Of a DNA stretch of 33,950 nt, positions 17,447 through 27,397 are shown one piece after another. The stretch is from positions 1-33,950 of the forward strand of contig JASFVE010000010.1 in NCBI GenBank assembly GCA_050049995.1, given 5' to 3'. Source of the DNA: Chlamydiota bacterium. Lineage in GTDB: Bacteria; Chlamydiota; Chlamydiia; Chlamydiales; SM23-39. A program made the translations under genes and the position numbers. The notes beneath the pieces are model-generated. The model did no database searches. It was not told the origin of the DNA and worked only from the letters and a program-made list of their open reading frames with translations. How positions within the stretch are numbered: position 1 is the first letter of the stretch; each line of letters begins with the position of its first letter.

Positions 17447-17743
17447 CTACTTTTTTGAAGCCTCAATCAAAGCATCCGTAATAACGCCCTCCATGATAGC
17501 TCTTGCTTTTCTTGATTGAGCAAATTGAGGATGTGTATCTTTGCAATTGGTCAATACCTCTTTAACATTTGCTTGAATATCACCCTCAGCCATCACAGCG
17601 TTAGCAAATTCTTTGGCTGCTGCTTCAATAACCAGTGTTAATGAGTGTCTTTTTTTATGATTGGGCCCTTTTAAAGGTTCGCTCAATGCTTCAGTGATCT
17701 CATTTTGAGATGGAAATGAAACTGTTGTAGTTGGTGTAGTCAT
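17447..17743 (-). CDS. Small hypothetical protein (FPSQ N-terminal motif)
   Basis: AGGAG RBS; N-terminus similar to the neighbouring 17803-18132 gene. Confidence 0.75.
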   Translation of the reverse strand: MTTPTTTVSFPSQNEITEALSEPLKGPNHKKRHSLTLVIEAAAKEFANAVMAEGDIQANVKEVLTNCKDTHPQFAQSRKARAIMEGVITDALIEASKK

Positions 17744-17802
17744 ATTTTTACTCCTATTTTTTGTAAGTAATTAATAAAGAGGGGGATAAGGCTATGACGT
17801 AC

Positions 17803-18132
17803 CTATAAAATAATGCAATTAAAATTTTTATGATGGTTGATTTGAAGGTTAGGACAACTTTTTAAAGCTTCTGAGTAAATTTCTATCAACTTCGAAAATT
17901 CAGATGATGGTGCTGAGTCATCTTCTTCTTGTGTTTCTAACCCATAAAACTCATAAGTAACCATTTTTATGATATTATCCTTACTATATGTTTGATTAGC
18001 AAAAGCCTGTGCAATTATTTGATTAAACTGTATAGATTTTAGTTTTTGAGACGTTGCTGCTACCGTACTATTTAAATGATTAATGATAGTTTCCTGAGAT
18101 GGAAAAGTGATGGTATTAATTCTTGCTGTCAT
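17803..18132 (-). CDS. Small hypothetical protein (FPSQ N-terminal motif)
   Basis: AGGAG RBS with nearly the same leader (TAGGAGTAAAATATG) as 17447-17743. Confidence 0.75.
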   Translation of the reverse strand: MTARINTITFPSQETIINHLNSTVAATSQKLKSIQFNQIIAQAFANQTYSKDNIIKMVTYEFYGLETQEEDDSAPSSEFSKLIEIYSEALKSCPNLQINHHKNFNCIIL

Positions 18133-18319
18133 ATTTTACTCCTAATTTAATGAAAAATGGCAGGGAATGTAATTTACTAAAGGTAAAAAATCAAATAAAA
18201 TGTTTTTTTATTATATTTAAAATAAACACTTACAATGTGTCTGATTTTTAAATAGCTTTAAAAAGCTATTAATTCTAAGATAGACATCTATTTAATCTAA
18301 GTAAAAACAAAATCATTTT

Positions 18320-20116
18320 ATGAGTGCTTTATCTGGTGTAAAGTTAATTGAACCTAGTTACTATCAATCTAGTTCATATGATCCTGAGTTAACTTTAAAG
18401 AAGTCCCTGTCTGCTAGAGTTTTTTTTGCAGCGCTGCCGTTTATTGCTTTGCATAAACCTTTTGGAAGAGCCGTAACATTTACTGCAGATGCCATTAAAA
18501 CAGTTAGTTCTTTTAATGAGCTAGTAAATCAAAAAGATGCTAAAAGATTAGTACAGGCTGCTATTGCCGTTTCAGTTTTGGCTGGAACTTTTTTTATGCA
18601 TCCTCTTGGCCTTTGCCTTTCAACTTTGCACGATCTTGGTTTTGATATTTGTGAAGTGATGCTCCAACTGCAAGCAGGGGAAACTCCAGAGGCAATCAAT
18701 AGCATATTTTTAACAGTTCAGCATCTTCTATATTTAGGTACTATAGTAGCTGGTAGTTTAGAAATTGTAGCCCTTTCGATGCTTTTTAATATGGCAATAG
18801 AGGTTGGCCGCTCAAAGCAAGAATTTCAAAAAGGAAACATATTAGAAGGCTCATCTCATATGCTTATGTCTTTGGTGCGCTTTTCTCAAGCAGTTCCTTA
18901 TATGGAAAAAACCATGTTTAAGCATAATATGGCAGGTAAGGGGCTTTCTCATACATTAACTGAAACGGTAGCAAAGGTGAGAGATACAATAGCTTATCAT
19001 TTTTATTCCTATGCAAGGACTTTAACAAGCCCTCATTGGAAACTTACAGAAACTTGGTTAAATACTGTCTCCTCATTTAAAAATGCTGAATGCTCTGCAT
19101 GGCAAAAAACAGCTTCAGCTGCAAAATCGGCATTTTCTACTGTAGTATTACTGCCTTTTGCTTTAAGTGGACTTGTCGTAGGACAAGCCTTGCATTTTTC
19201 TGCTTTTTTACTATCAACGCGACCCTTTATTCATTTGAAAGGAAATGTTAAGCCAAAGCAAATATCCGATAGGTCTTTTTCTACTTTTCAACTTAACTGC
19301 TGTTTGCCTTCAGGTGGTTTTGCTCGCTTGTTTGGTGGTTTAGATAAGCCGAATAGAGAAAGAGTAGAGGAAATTGCTGCCATGATTTTAAAGAGCAAAG
19401 CTAATGTAGTGTGTTTGCAAGAAGTAAGCGATTTAAATGATGCTAAAGATCTTTATGAAAAACTAGCTGACAGATTTGCTGAATTTTATTTCCATATGGG
19501 AGCTACACCTTTTATTCTGCAAAATAATAGCGGTTTGATGGTAGCAAGTGATATGGCCATAGAAGAAGGTAGCGAAGAGCTTCATAGTTTTTCAGATATT
19601 AAGGGAACAGAAAGCATGGTAAATAAGTGCTTTTTCCTTTTCACAACAGAGCTAGCAAACTTTATTAATACACATTTAAGTCCCTCTTCTAGTGATATTG
19701 ATCCGACAACAGGCGAGACTTATACTAGATTAGAAGAGCAAAAAAGAATTTTATCTGCCCTTCAAAAAAGGACACGAGAAAACAATAAAAGTTTTTTTAT
19801 ATTGGGGGACATGAATATTAAATGGAATGGCTCTGAATACCAAAAGAGCCCTCTATTTTTAGAAGGTACAGATCACTATAATCAAAATAGGCAAATAGTT
19901 ACAGATCAAGAAGCCTCAAGTGAAACAGAGTTTTTAGTTCAAAAAAACTGGCATCACAAAAAAGATGCAAAGCTTTATCAGCTGATAATAGATTTTTTCA
20001 TATCTTTTGGTGAATTTGTTTCTGTTAGTATGCGCAAGGTTGCTACTTTTGATGTAAATCATCCTAAAAAAGCCATTTCTGACCATGCTGCTTTTGAAAC
20101 AGAGGTAAATATATAG
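18320..20116 (+). CDS. Endonuclease/exonuclease/phosphatase (sphingomyelinase-like) protein with long hydrophobic N-terminal region
   Basis: TFQLN, VCLQEV, NSGL, NTHL, LGDMN, IID, ISDH catalytic motifs in the C-terminal ~280 aa. Confidence 0.82.
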   Translation: MSALSGVKLIEPSYYQSSSYDPELTLKKSLSARVFFAALPFIALHKPFGRAVTFTADAIKTVSSFNELVNQKDAKRLVQAAIAVSVLAGTFFMHPLGLCLSTLHDLGFDICEVMLQLQAGETPEAINSIFLTVQHLLYLGTIVAGSLEIVALSMLFNMAIEVGRSKQEFQKGNILEGSSHMLMSLVRFSQAVPYMEKTMFKHNMAGKGLSHTLTETVAKVRDTIAYHFYSYARTLTSPHWKLTETWLNTVSSFKNAECSAWQKTASAAKSAFSTVVLLPFALSGLVVGQALHFSAFLLSTRPFIHLKGNVKPKQISDRSFSTFQLNCCLPSGGFARLFGGLDKPNRERVEEIAAMILKSKANVVCLQEVSDLNDAKDLYEKLADRFAEFYFHMGATPFILQNNSGLMVASDMAIEEGSEELHSFSDIKGTESMVNKCFFLFTTELANFINTHLSPSSSDIDPTTGETYTRLEEQKRILSALQKRTRENNKSFFILGDMNIKWNGSEYQKSPLFLEGTDHYNQNRQIVTDQEASSETEFLVQKNWHHKKDAKLYQLIIDFFISFGEFVSVSMRKVATFDVNHPKKAISDHAAFETEVNI

Positions 20117-20137
20117 GCTCAATCGGTTGACTGAGCC
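20116..20137. terminator. Hairpin between convergent genes
   Basis: GGCTCA-atcggttgac-TGAGCC. Confidence 0.45.
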
Positions 20138-20159
20138 CATATTCGCTCTTTTCTTTGTC

Positions 20160-20405
20160 CTACTTATTGCCAAAAACGTTATAGAAAAAGGCTAATAAGG
20201 CTCCTCCGATAAACCCGTCGGCAAATCCCCAAACACCTCCGATGATACCTCCAATAAAGCTTGGATTAAATCCAATATAAATCGATGACATAACTCTTAC
20301 GTATTCAGCGCCCCAGCCACCTATAGCAACCCAGCCAACCAATACTTGGCCTATACTCCATGTAATACCTATGCCTAGGGCTAAACCTTTAACACTAAGT
20401 TTCAC
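20160..20405 (-). CDS. Small two-TM membrane protein (family often annotated holin-like)
   Basis: GTG start with GGAG RBS; S.Y.G...S..G.IIG..WGF.DG..GG.L.A..YN pattern. Confidence 0.75.
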   Translation of the reverse strand: MKLSVKGLALGIGITWSIGQVLVGWVAIGGWGAEYVRVMSSIYIGFNPSFIGGIIGGVWGFADGFIGGALLAFFYNVFGNK

Positions 20406-20613
20406 CTTTGCTCCTCCAAATTATCCTTATAATTTTTTATAACAAATAGTTTTTATTAATTAAATATAATTCTAAACATTAATTAATAATGTAATAATAA
20501 TTTTAATTATTAATTAAATCTTATTTAATAACTTACTTCCTAAAAAAGTAAGAAAAAATTCTCAAAAAAAAATTAAATTGTTTAACTTATCCAAATTAGA
20601 TAAAGAGGATCTT

Positions 20614-21126
20614 ATGGATAAAGCTGATACATTAGTTTCTATCGCTATGGGGAGTTACTCTGATATGCGAGTGATGGAATCTTCTATTAAAATCTTGCAA
20701 GAATTGGAAATTGGCTATGAGGTTAAAATTGTTTCAGCTCATAGAACTCCCAATAGACTATATAGTTATGCACAGTCAGCAAAACCAAAAGGGATCCAGG
20801 TGATCATTGCAGCGGCAGGAGGAGCGGCTCACCTACCAGGAATGATAGCTTCCATGACAACCATTCCTGTTTTAGGAGTTCCCATCGATTCAAAGCACTT
20901 AAAAGGGGTGGATAGTTTACTGTCCATTGTGCAAATGCCTGGAGGTGTGCCTGTGGGAACACTTGCCATAGGAAGTCCCGGTGCTAAAAATGCAGCTCTT
21001 TTAGCTGCTTCTATTTTAGCACTAAACAATCAAAATATTGCTGCAAAACTAGATGTTTTTAGAGATAGACAAACACAAAGTATTTTAGAGGACCCAGAAG
21101 CTTATGAATCTTATCAAGCCAGGTAG
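20614..21126 (+). CDS. purE: N5-CAIR mutase
   Basis: [34 protein letters not shown] motifs; ATG 20614 with GAGGA RBS. Confidence 0.95.
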   Translation: MDKADTLVSIAMGSYSDMRVMESSIKILQELEIGYEVKIVSAHRTPNRLYSYAQSAKPKGIQVIIAAAGGAAHLPGMIASMTTIPVLGVPIDSKHLKGVDSLLSIVQMPGGVPVGTLAIGSPGAKNAALLAASILALNNQNIAAKLDVFRDRQTQSILEDPEAYESYQAR

Positions 21127-22168
21127 TACTATTGGAATTATTGGTGGAGGCCAATTAGGTAAAATGCTGATTTTAGCAGCGTCATCGCTAGGATATAATA
21201 CTATTGTTTATTGTGATCAGAAAGATAGCCCAGCCTTCAATGTGGCTAATAGTTTTATTTTAGCTAAATATGATGACTTGTCTGCTTTAAAAGAGTTTGC
21301 AGGCCAATGTGATGTCATAACTTTTGAATTTGAAAATATACCTTATAATTCTTTTGCTTTTTTGGAAGAAAACTCTCTTGTAAGGCCGTCCAAGAATTCT
21401 CTTTTTATTTCTCAAAATCGAAATAGAGAAAAGGAGTTTATACAAAAGTTAGGTCTTCTTACGACATCGTTTAAAAAAGTTGTCGATAAACAAGATCTAT
21501 TGCAAGGAATCAAAGTTTTAGGATTTCCTTGTATTTTAAAAACAGCAGAGCTTGGCTATGACGGCAAAGGACAAATGTCTATTACTGAAGAAAAGGACAT
21601 TAATGAAGCATTAGAAAAATTATCTGATCGAGAGTATATCCTTGAGAAGAAAGTAGACTTTGAAAAAGAAATCTCCATTATTGCAGCAAGAGATGATCAA
21701 GATAATTTTAAGGCTTTCTGCCCCTTTGAAAATACTCACAAAGAGGGTATTTTGCAAAAAACAAAGTCACCTGCAGATATTTCTCAAGCTTTACAAAATC
21801 AAGCAGTTCAGATGACTAAGAAAATTATGCAGGAGCTAGAACATGTCGGTGTTTTAACAGTGGAGTTTTTTATCAAAGAAGGAAAATTATTAATAAATGA
21901 AATAGCTCCTCGAGTGCACAATTCCGGTCACTTAACCATTGATGCTTGCTTTGTTTCTCAGTTTGAACAGCATATAAGAGCAATCTGTTCGCTTAATTTG
22001 ATTGATCCCGTCTTACATACCAAGGCAGAAATGCATAACTTAATTGGAGATGATATCCATAATTTGACCAGTTTCATTATGAATCCAGCTGTAAAAGTGC
22101 ATCTATATGGGAAAAAAGTGGTTAAGCAAGGAAGAAAAATGGGGCATATCACTCAGCTACTCCAGTAA
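21104..22168 (+). CDS. purK: N5-CAIR synthetase
   Basis: [47 protein letters not shown] motifs. Confidence 0.95.
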   Translation: MNLIKPGSTIGIIGGGQLGKMLILAASSLGYNTIVYCDQKDSPAFNVANSFILAKYDDLSALKEFAGQCDVITFEFENIPYNSFAFLEENSLVRPSKNSLFISQNRNREKEFIQKLGLLTTSFKKVVDKQDLLQGIKVLGFPCILKTAELGYDGKGQMSITEEKDINEALEKLSDREYILEKKVDFEKEISIIAARDDQDNFKAFCPFENTHKEGILQKTKSPADISQALQNQAVQMTKKIMQELEHVGVLTVEFFIKEGKLLINEIAPRVHNSGHLTIDACFVSQFEQHIRAICSLNLIDPVLHTKAEMHNLIGDDIHNLTSFIMNPAVKVHLYGKKVVKQGRKMGHITQLLQ

Positions 22169-22189
22169 ATTTTTTTTAGCTTAGTTTTA

Positions 22190-22229
22190 CATTAGGGAAA
22201 ATGCCCCCTAATGAGTTAGGGGTTTGATT
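22190..22229 (+). terminator. Terminator after purK
   Basis: CCCCTAA-tgag-TTAGGGG followed by TTTGATT; an overlapping alternative stem CATTAGGG/CCCTAATG is also possible. Confidence 0.55.
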
Positions 22230-22392
22230 CTTAGCTAGTTAAGTTGATTATAGGTTTTTTAAAAGATAAATATATAAGTTATTCTTATCCAATGTCTTAT
22301 ATTTTCTAATGTCCTGTGCTTTTTAAATTCAATACTAATTGAAATTAAACAATTAACTATGATATAATATTTTTATTAAAAATAATCATATT

Positions 22393-23238
22393 ATGAGCGT
22401 TAATTTAAAAACATCAGATTTTTTATTTCGTGTAGACCTCCCTTATTCTAAGATCGATTCAGATTCTAGAAGATATGCTACAATGATTTCTAATGAGGAA
22501 AATGCTGCTATTTGTCAAAAAAAGAATGAGCATATACAGCAAATCTTCAAAGACTTAAGTCGTAATTATAGCCTAGAAGTCACAATGGGAGATCGAGTAA
22601 TTTCCATTAAAAAAGAAGATTTTGATGGGGCAGGCGAGACAGAAAAGTTACAAAGATTCTTAACTGGTAAGATTACTGAATTAGATAAGATTTTACGACA
22701 GGAAGGCTTTTCAAATAGTAGTATTTTAAAAATATTTTCTTTAGTTGAGCAAAGAATTATTAGTGCTGCCAATGCCCAATATGGCTTAAAAGCATTACAA
22801 GTAGATCGTTTAAACAAGAGTAGGTATCGAAGTTGGATTGAAATGACGAAGGAAGAAAATCACCTAATCAATGTTACAATTACATCTGATAAAAATATTC
22901 TGATTACCACAAAAAGCCAGACTTTTATTTGTAGCATGAATCCTAGGGTAGGGATTGATAGAGATAAACCACTCATGGTTTTTCAAAATTCCATGTCGTA
23001 TGACTTGAAGTCTGACAAGCTTACTATTGAGAATAATGTAATATCTGGTAACTCTAACCCGAATTCTATGCCGCATGAATTGAATTCTGATATACCTATT
23101 ATTGAGAATAATGCAATATCTGAGAACTCTCGCCCGACTACCTTATTTCAAAAAATAAAGTTCATTTTAGAATCAATAACACAATATTTAGAGAATTTCT
23201 TTAATTGGCTTTTTAATAGAATTGAAGATAACTCTTAA
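22393..23238 (+). CDS. Hypothetical protein with internal 25-aa-period duplication
   Basis: 281-aa ORF behind an AT-rich leader containing TATAAT; no family recognised. Confidence 0.72.
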   Translation: MSVNLKTSDFLFRVDLPYSKIDSDSRRYATMISNEENAAICQKKNEHIQQIFKDLSRNYSLEVTMGDRVISIKKEDFDGAGETEKLQRFLTGKITELDKILRQEGFSNSSILKIFSLVEQRIISAANAQYGLKALQVDRLNKSRYRSWIEMTKEENHLINVTITSDKNILITTKSQTFICSMNPRVGIDRDKPLMVFQNSMSYDLKSDKLTIENNVISGNSNPNSMPHELNSDIPIIENNAISENSRPTTLFQKIKFILESITQYLENFFNWLFNRIEDNS

Positions 23239-23340
23239 GATCTAAACAAAAATTATTCCTTTAAGCTTCTTTCTAAGCTTTTCTTTGACTAATTAAAATA
23301 AATAGCTTTAATTGAAAATTGTGAGCCACAAGAGAGATCT

Positions 23341-24576
23341 GTGAAACAATTTGAAAGCAACTTTCAGAAAAATATTTCTATTTTTTCGATTCTTCTATTG
23401 GCATTTATCGATTATTTCGGAATAGGTCTTGTTTATCCTCTTTTTAGTTCAATGCTGTTTAGCTCAGATCTTCCTTTTTTCGACCCGGAAGTATCTGCTT
23501 CGGTTAGGGGATTTTATTTAGGAATTCTTTTAGCTCTACAGCCATTATTTCAATTTTTCAGTGCCCCTATTTTAGGAACATTTTCTGATCAAAGAGGGCG
23601 AAAACAGTTGTTGATTATAACCCTTTGTATAGCTCTTGCAGGATATTTGATAGGGTTTTTAGCTGTTTATTCCTATAACTTAATAGGACTTTTGCTTTCT
23701 AGAATTGTTGTAGGCATTAGTGCTGGTAGTACTTCTATTATTCAGGCATCATTAGCTGATATAAGCACTAAAGCAGACAAAACTAAAAATTTCGGCCTAT
23801 ACAATATGGCTCTAGGTACTGGTTTTACTATTGGCCCATTTTTAGGGGGGAAATTAACAGATCCTAATTTTATTCCTTTTGCTACTTTTTCAACTCCTTT
23901 TCTCATAACCGTTTTGTTTGTAGCTTTAAATTTACTATTGGTTATTTTTTTCTATCGAGAAACATTAAAAACAAAGAAAAAAGTGGAATTGAGCATTTGG
24001 GTGGGCCTGCAAAGCTTGCAAAAGATATTTAAGTTAAAGAAAATACGCATACTTTTTCTTTGTACTTTTGTGTATATTTTTGGCTGGTCTTTCTTTTTTG
24101 AGTTTATGCCGGTTTATTTGATTAATGTTTTCAACTTTACACCACAAGATATAGGCAATGTATTTGGTGTTGCTGGGCTTTCTTTTGCCTTAAGCTCAGG
24201 CATTTTTATTCGTCCTATTGTCAATCGATACAAGGCACAGACTATCTTATTTTTTGCTCCCATCTTGATGTCTATCATTATTTTTTCTATTGCTCTATCT
24301 AAAGTAGTTCCTGTTTTATATGTCTTGTTTTGTGTGACAACATTCTTTGCGGCCTTAATCCTTCCGTCTTTAACTGCCGCGGTCTCTAATTTTGTAGAAG
24401 AAAATGTTCAAGGAGAAGTCCTTGGCCTTCTAAGTTCAACTATAGGCTTAGCTCTAGCGATCAGCCCTCTTTTTTCTGGAGCTATTGCAGGAGCTTATCC
24501 AATTATGCCTATAGTGGTAGGTGGAGGGTGTATGTTGTTGACCTCTGTTGTTATTTCTTTAAAAAAATTTAGTTGA
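23341..24576 (+). CDS. MFS transporter, TetA/DHA1-like
   Basis: GTFSDQRGRK motif A, LSRIVVG, GFTIGPFLGG motif C; about 12 TM segments. Confidence 0.92.
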   Translation: MKQFESNFQKNISIFSILLLAFIDYFGIGLVYPLFSSMLFSSDLPFFDPEVSASVRGFYLGILLALQPLFQFFSAPILGTFSDQRGRKQLLIITLCIALAGYLIGFLAVYSYNLIGLLLSRIVVGISAGSTSIIQASLADISTKADKTKNFGLYNMALGTGFTIGPFLGGKLTDPNFIPFATFSTPFLITVLFVALNLLLVIFFYRETLKTKKKVELSIWVGLQSLQKIFKLKKIRILFLCTFVYIFGWSFFFEFMPVYLINVFNFTPQDIGNVFGVAGLSFALSSGIFIRPIVNRYKAQTILFFAPILMSIIIFSIALSKVVPVLYVLFCVTTFFAALILPSLTAAVSNFVEENVQGEVLGLLSSTIGLALAISPLFSGAIAGAYPIMPIVVGGGCMLLTSVVISLKKFS

Positions 24577-24580
24577 AACA

Positions 24581-25948
24581 TTAAAAAATATTCAAAATTA
24601 CATACTCAAATCCAAGTAGAACAATTATTACAGCAATAATAGAAATTACTCCACCAGACTTAAGAAAGTCTTTTGTTTTTAAAAATCTTGTGGAATAGGC
24701 AATAGCATTAGGTGGTGTGGAAACAGGAAAGCCCATGCCAAAAGAGCAGCTCAGGGCAATAGTAATAGAAAGTAGAATTTTTCCATGGCCTGGAAGGCTA
24801 ATTGCTATAGGAAGGAGTAAATTGGCTGCAGCTGTATTACTAATAAAGGACGAAAGAATAATAGCTACAAAGCAAAAAAGGGCAATTAAGCCGAAAGTAT
24901 ATTTTTCAAAAAAAGGAGTTTGTAAAAATTGCGTGGCCAGCTCACTTGACTGTATTGCTTGACCAAGTACCAATCCTCCCCACATTAAAATGAGAATATC
25001 CCAATTGATACTTTTTATATCTTCCACATCAATAATCATAAAGCTCGCAAACAAGCTTACTCCTACAAGGGAAACGACTGCTTCAGGAATATGATGCAAG
25101 GTATTTGTCAGCCAAAAAAATATCATGAGAGCAGCTATTAAGATGGTTCCAGTTCCCATTTTTGTAAGCGGAGCTTCTTGAGGAAATTCAAAAGATAGCT
25201 TTTTCACCTTTGGAGGAAATAGCCAAAGCAGAAAAAAGCCAGTAAATAGTAGAACTACTATAGCTAGTGGTAAAGCCATCACTATCCACCCTAAGAAATT
25301 TAAAAACACACCATTTTCAGCCAAAATGCCTATAGCGATAGCATTAGGTGGCGTTCCAATAGGTGTTATAACTCCTCCAATATTTGCGCCAAAAGCCGTC
25401 GCTAAAATTAAAGCTTTTCTAAAAGGATCGTCGCTTTTTATTTTTTTTAGAACAGGTGTGATGAGGCTAATCATCATGGCAGCTGTTGCCGTATTAGATA
25501 GCCACATAGAAAAAAAAGCACTTAAGAACAAAAATCCAAAAAGAATAAAAAAAGGCTTTTTTTTAAGATGCTTTAAGAATTTTCGCATAATAAATACATC
25601 AATATCATGTTTCTGCACAGCTTTTGCTAAAACAAACCCTCCTAAAAACAACATAATTACTGGAGAAGAAAAAGGGGTGAGAAATAATTTGTATCCCATT
25701 GCATCGAGGTTAAGTAGGCCATCAGCTTTTGTTAGTATTAACGTTAGAAAAACAATAATAAGAAGAGATGTTGCATAAAGAGGAATGATTTCTAAAGACC
25801 AAAAACCTATAGCTAATATAAAGGTGAAAATAGTCCATCGCTGAGGCTCAGTTAAAAAATCAGGTAATAAAAAGTAACTAGATATACATAAAAAGATTAT
25901 GAGTAAAACCTGAAGAGTTTTTGTATTTTTTAGAGAAAAGGAAATCAT
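24581..25948 (-). CDS. SLC13/DASS family sodium-coupled anion symporter
   Basis: SMWLSNTAT, TPIGTPPNAI, FISNTAA, PVSTPPNAI motifs. Start is ATG 25948 or TTG 25966. Confidence 0.92.
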   Translation of the reverse strand: MISFSLKNTKTLQVLLIIFLCISSYFLLPDFLTEPQRWTIFTFILAIGFWSLEIIPLYATSLLIIVFLTLILTKADGLLNLDAMGYKLFLTPFSSPVIMLFLGGFVLAKAVQKHDIDVFIMRKFLKHLKKKPFFILFGFLFLSAFFSMWLSNTATAAMMISLITPVLKKIKSDDPFRKALILATAFGANIGGVITPIGTPPNAIAIGILAENGVFLNFLGWIVMALPLAIVVLLFTGFFLLWLFPPKVKKLSFEFPQEAPLTKMGTGTILIAALMIFFWLTNTLHHIPEAVVSLVGVSLFASFMIIDVEDIKSINWDILILMWGGLVLGQAIQSSELATQFLQTPFFEKYTFGLIALFCFVAIILSSFISNTAAANLLLPIAISLPGHGKILLSITIALSCSFGMGFPVSTPPNAIAYSTRFLKTKDFLKSGGVISIIAVIIVLLGFEYVILNIF

Positions 25949-26009
25949 TGGCCAATCAAAAAACAAATGATGTAAAATTATTTTTTGTAATAGATCAGAA
26001 GGTTATTGT

Positions 26010-26669
26010 TTGCAATCTCGATTTTTCTTTTTATTAATACTAATTCTATCTTTTCAAGTAAAAGGTTGGGGACAAATAAATAAAAATAGTGACTGGCAAA
26101 TATGGGCTTTAGGATCTGTTGGAAAGGGCTTTAATAATAATATGGCTGTAAGAGTTGATACGGAGTACCGATTTGGCGATGATGCTTCAAAATTATATTT
26201 TGCCTATATCCAAGGATTTATTGAGTATGAGCCTTCTTCTTTTTGCTTAGTTGCTCCAGGTTACCGGCAAGAGTGGATTCGCTCTAGTTCACATTCTTGG
26301 AGAAAAACATATAACCCCTTAGTTGATACAACGTTTATTTTTAGACGTTCTTATTTTTTTATTACAGATAGGAATAGGGTGCAATACCAATTCTTGAAAG
26401 AAGAGACTAATCGTTGGATTTATAGAAATAGATTCAGAATTACTTTTACCACTGAGGTTAAAGGAATTGGTATTGATCCTTTTGTAGACAACGAAATTTT
26501 TTTTGTAGAGAAAAGGGGGATCAATCAAAATAGAGCATCAATTGGTTGTCTATTCATATTTAATGAACTATTTCAATCCAGAGTCTTTTATCTCTTACGC
26601 CATTTAAAAAGACAAGGGCATTGGACCCATCAAAATGCCATGAATCTTCATCTATATTTTGCATTTTAA
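26010..26669 (+). CDS. DUF2490-like outer-membrane beta-barrel protein
   Basis: Signal peptide, DWQIW, EYRF, RNRVQY, YRNRFR, PFVDNEIFF, NQNR, terminal YxF-type aromatic ending. Confidence 0.75.
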   Translation: MQSRFFFLLILILSFQVKGWGQINKNSDWQIWALGSVGKGFNNNMAVRVDTEYRFGDDASKLYFAYIQGFIEYEPSSFCLVAPGYRQEWIRSSSHSWRKTYNPLVDTTFIFRRSYFFITDRNRVQYQFLKEETNRWIYRNRFRITFTTEVKGIGIDPFVDNEIFFVEKRGINQNRASIGCLFIFNELFQSRVFYLLRHLKRQGHWTHQNAMNLHLYFAF

Positions 26670-26704
26670 AAATAAAAAATTAGGAAATCTAGTACTATAG
26701 ATGC

Positions 26705-27397
26705 ATGATGCGCTTGATGTATGAAAAATTTTTAGAGAAGTATACTCCTGAAGAAATCTTAGACTGCCTTTCCCGATTTTTGACTGACTCACGCAAAGAA
26801 AAAATTTCTTCTATACTTAACCAAAGAATATCTTCTGTCCAAATTGCATTGGAATCTCCAGTAGATATTCATAATGCTTTGGCCGTTGTCCGATCAGCAG
26901 AAGGACTAGGTGTCACAAATGTACACGTGATCGCTTCTAGGTTCAAAAAAAGTAAAGGTAAAAATACAACTCAGGGAGCTCATCTTTGGACAGATGTATT
27001 TTACCATAAAACCTTCACAGATTTTACAAAAAGCTCATCTTTTAAAGTGGCGGCAGCAACATTAGATACTACTAATACTCTTGAAGATTTACCAATAGAC
27101 GAAAACATATGTTTTTTGTTGGGAAATGAATTAAATGGACTTTCTGATGAGGCTTGCCAAAGGGCAGACTATCGGTTTAAACTACCCATGTTCGGTTTTA
27201 CACAAAGTTTTAACTTATCTGTATCTGCTGGAATCATCCTTTATCAGTTTTTACAAAGAAAAAGAAAACATTTAAAAAAAGCAGGGGATTTATCTGAAGA
27301 GAAGCTGTTAATAGAAAAAGCCTGGTATACCATTTTGAGTTTAGGTATTCAAAAGTCAGATATGATTTTAAAAAAACTTAAGCCGATCTCTTCTTAA
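26705..27397 (+). CDS. TrmH/SpoU family RNA methyltransferase
   Basis: HNALAVVRSAEGLG, LGNELNGLS, LPMFGFTQSFNLSVSAG SPOUT motifs. Confidence 0.9.
   Translation: MMRLMYEKFLEKYTPEEILDCLSRFLTDSRKEKISSILNQRISSVQIALESPVDIHNALAVVRSAEGLGVTNVHVIASRFKKSKGKNTTQGAHLWTDVFYHKTFTDFTKSSSFKVAAATLDTTNTLEDLPIDENICFLLGNELNGLSDEACQRADYRFKLPMFGFTQSFNLSVSAGIILYQFLQRKRKHLKKAGDLSEEKLLIEKAWYTILSLGIQKSDMILKKLKPISS

Noticed and set aside
20160..20405. Holin as evidence that the prophage extends further right
   Set aside because: It lies outside attR, has no endolysin nearby, and the holin label for this family is not established here.
20406..20600. Extremely AT-rich tract as a replication origin or repeat
   Set aside because: No DnaA-box cluster or periodic repeat was seen; it fits a divergent promoter region.
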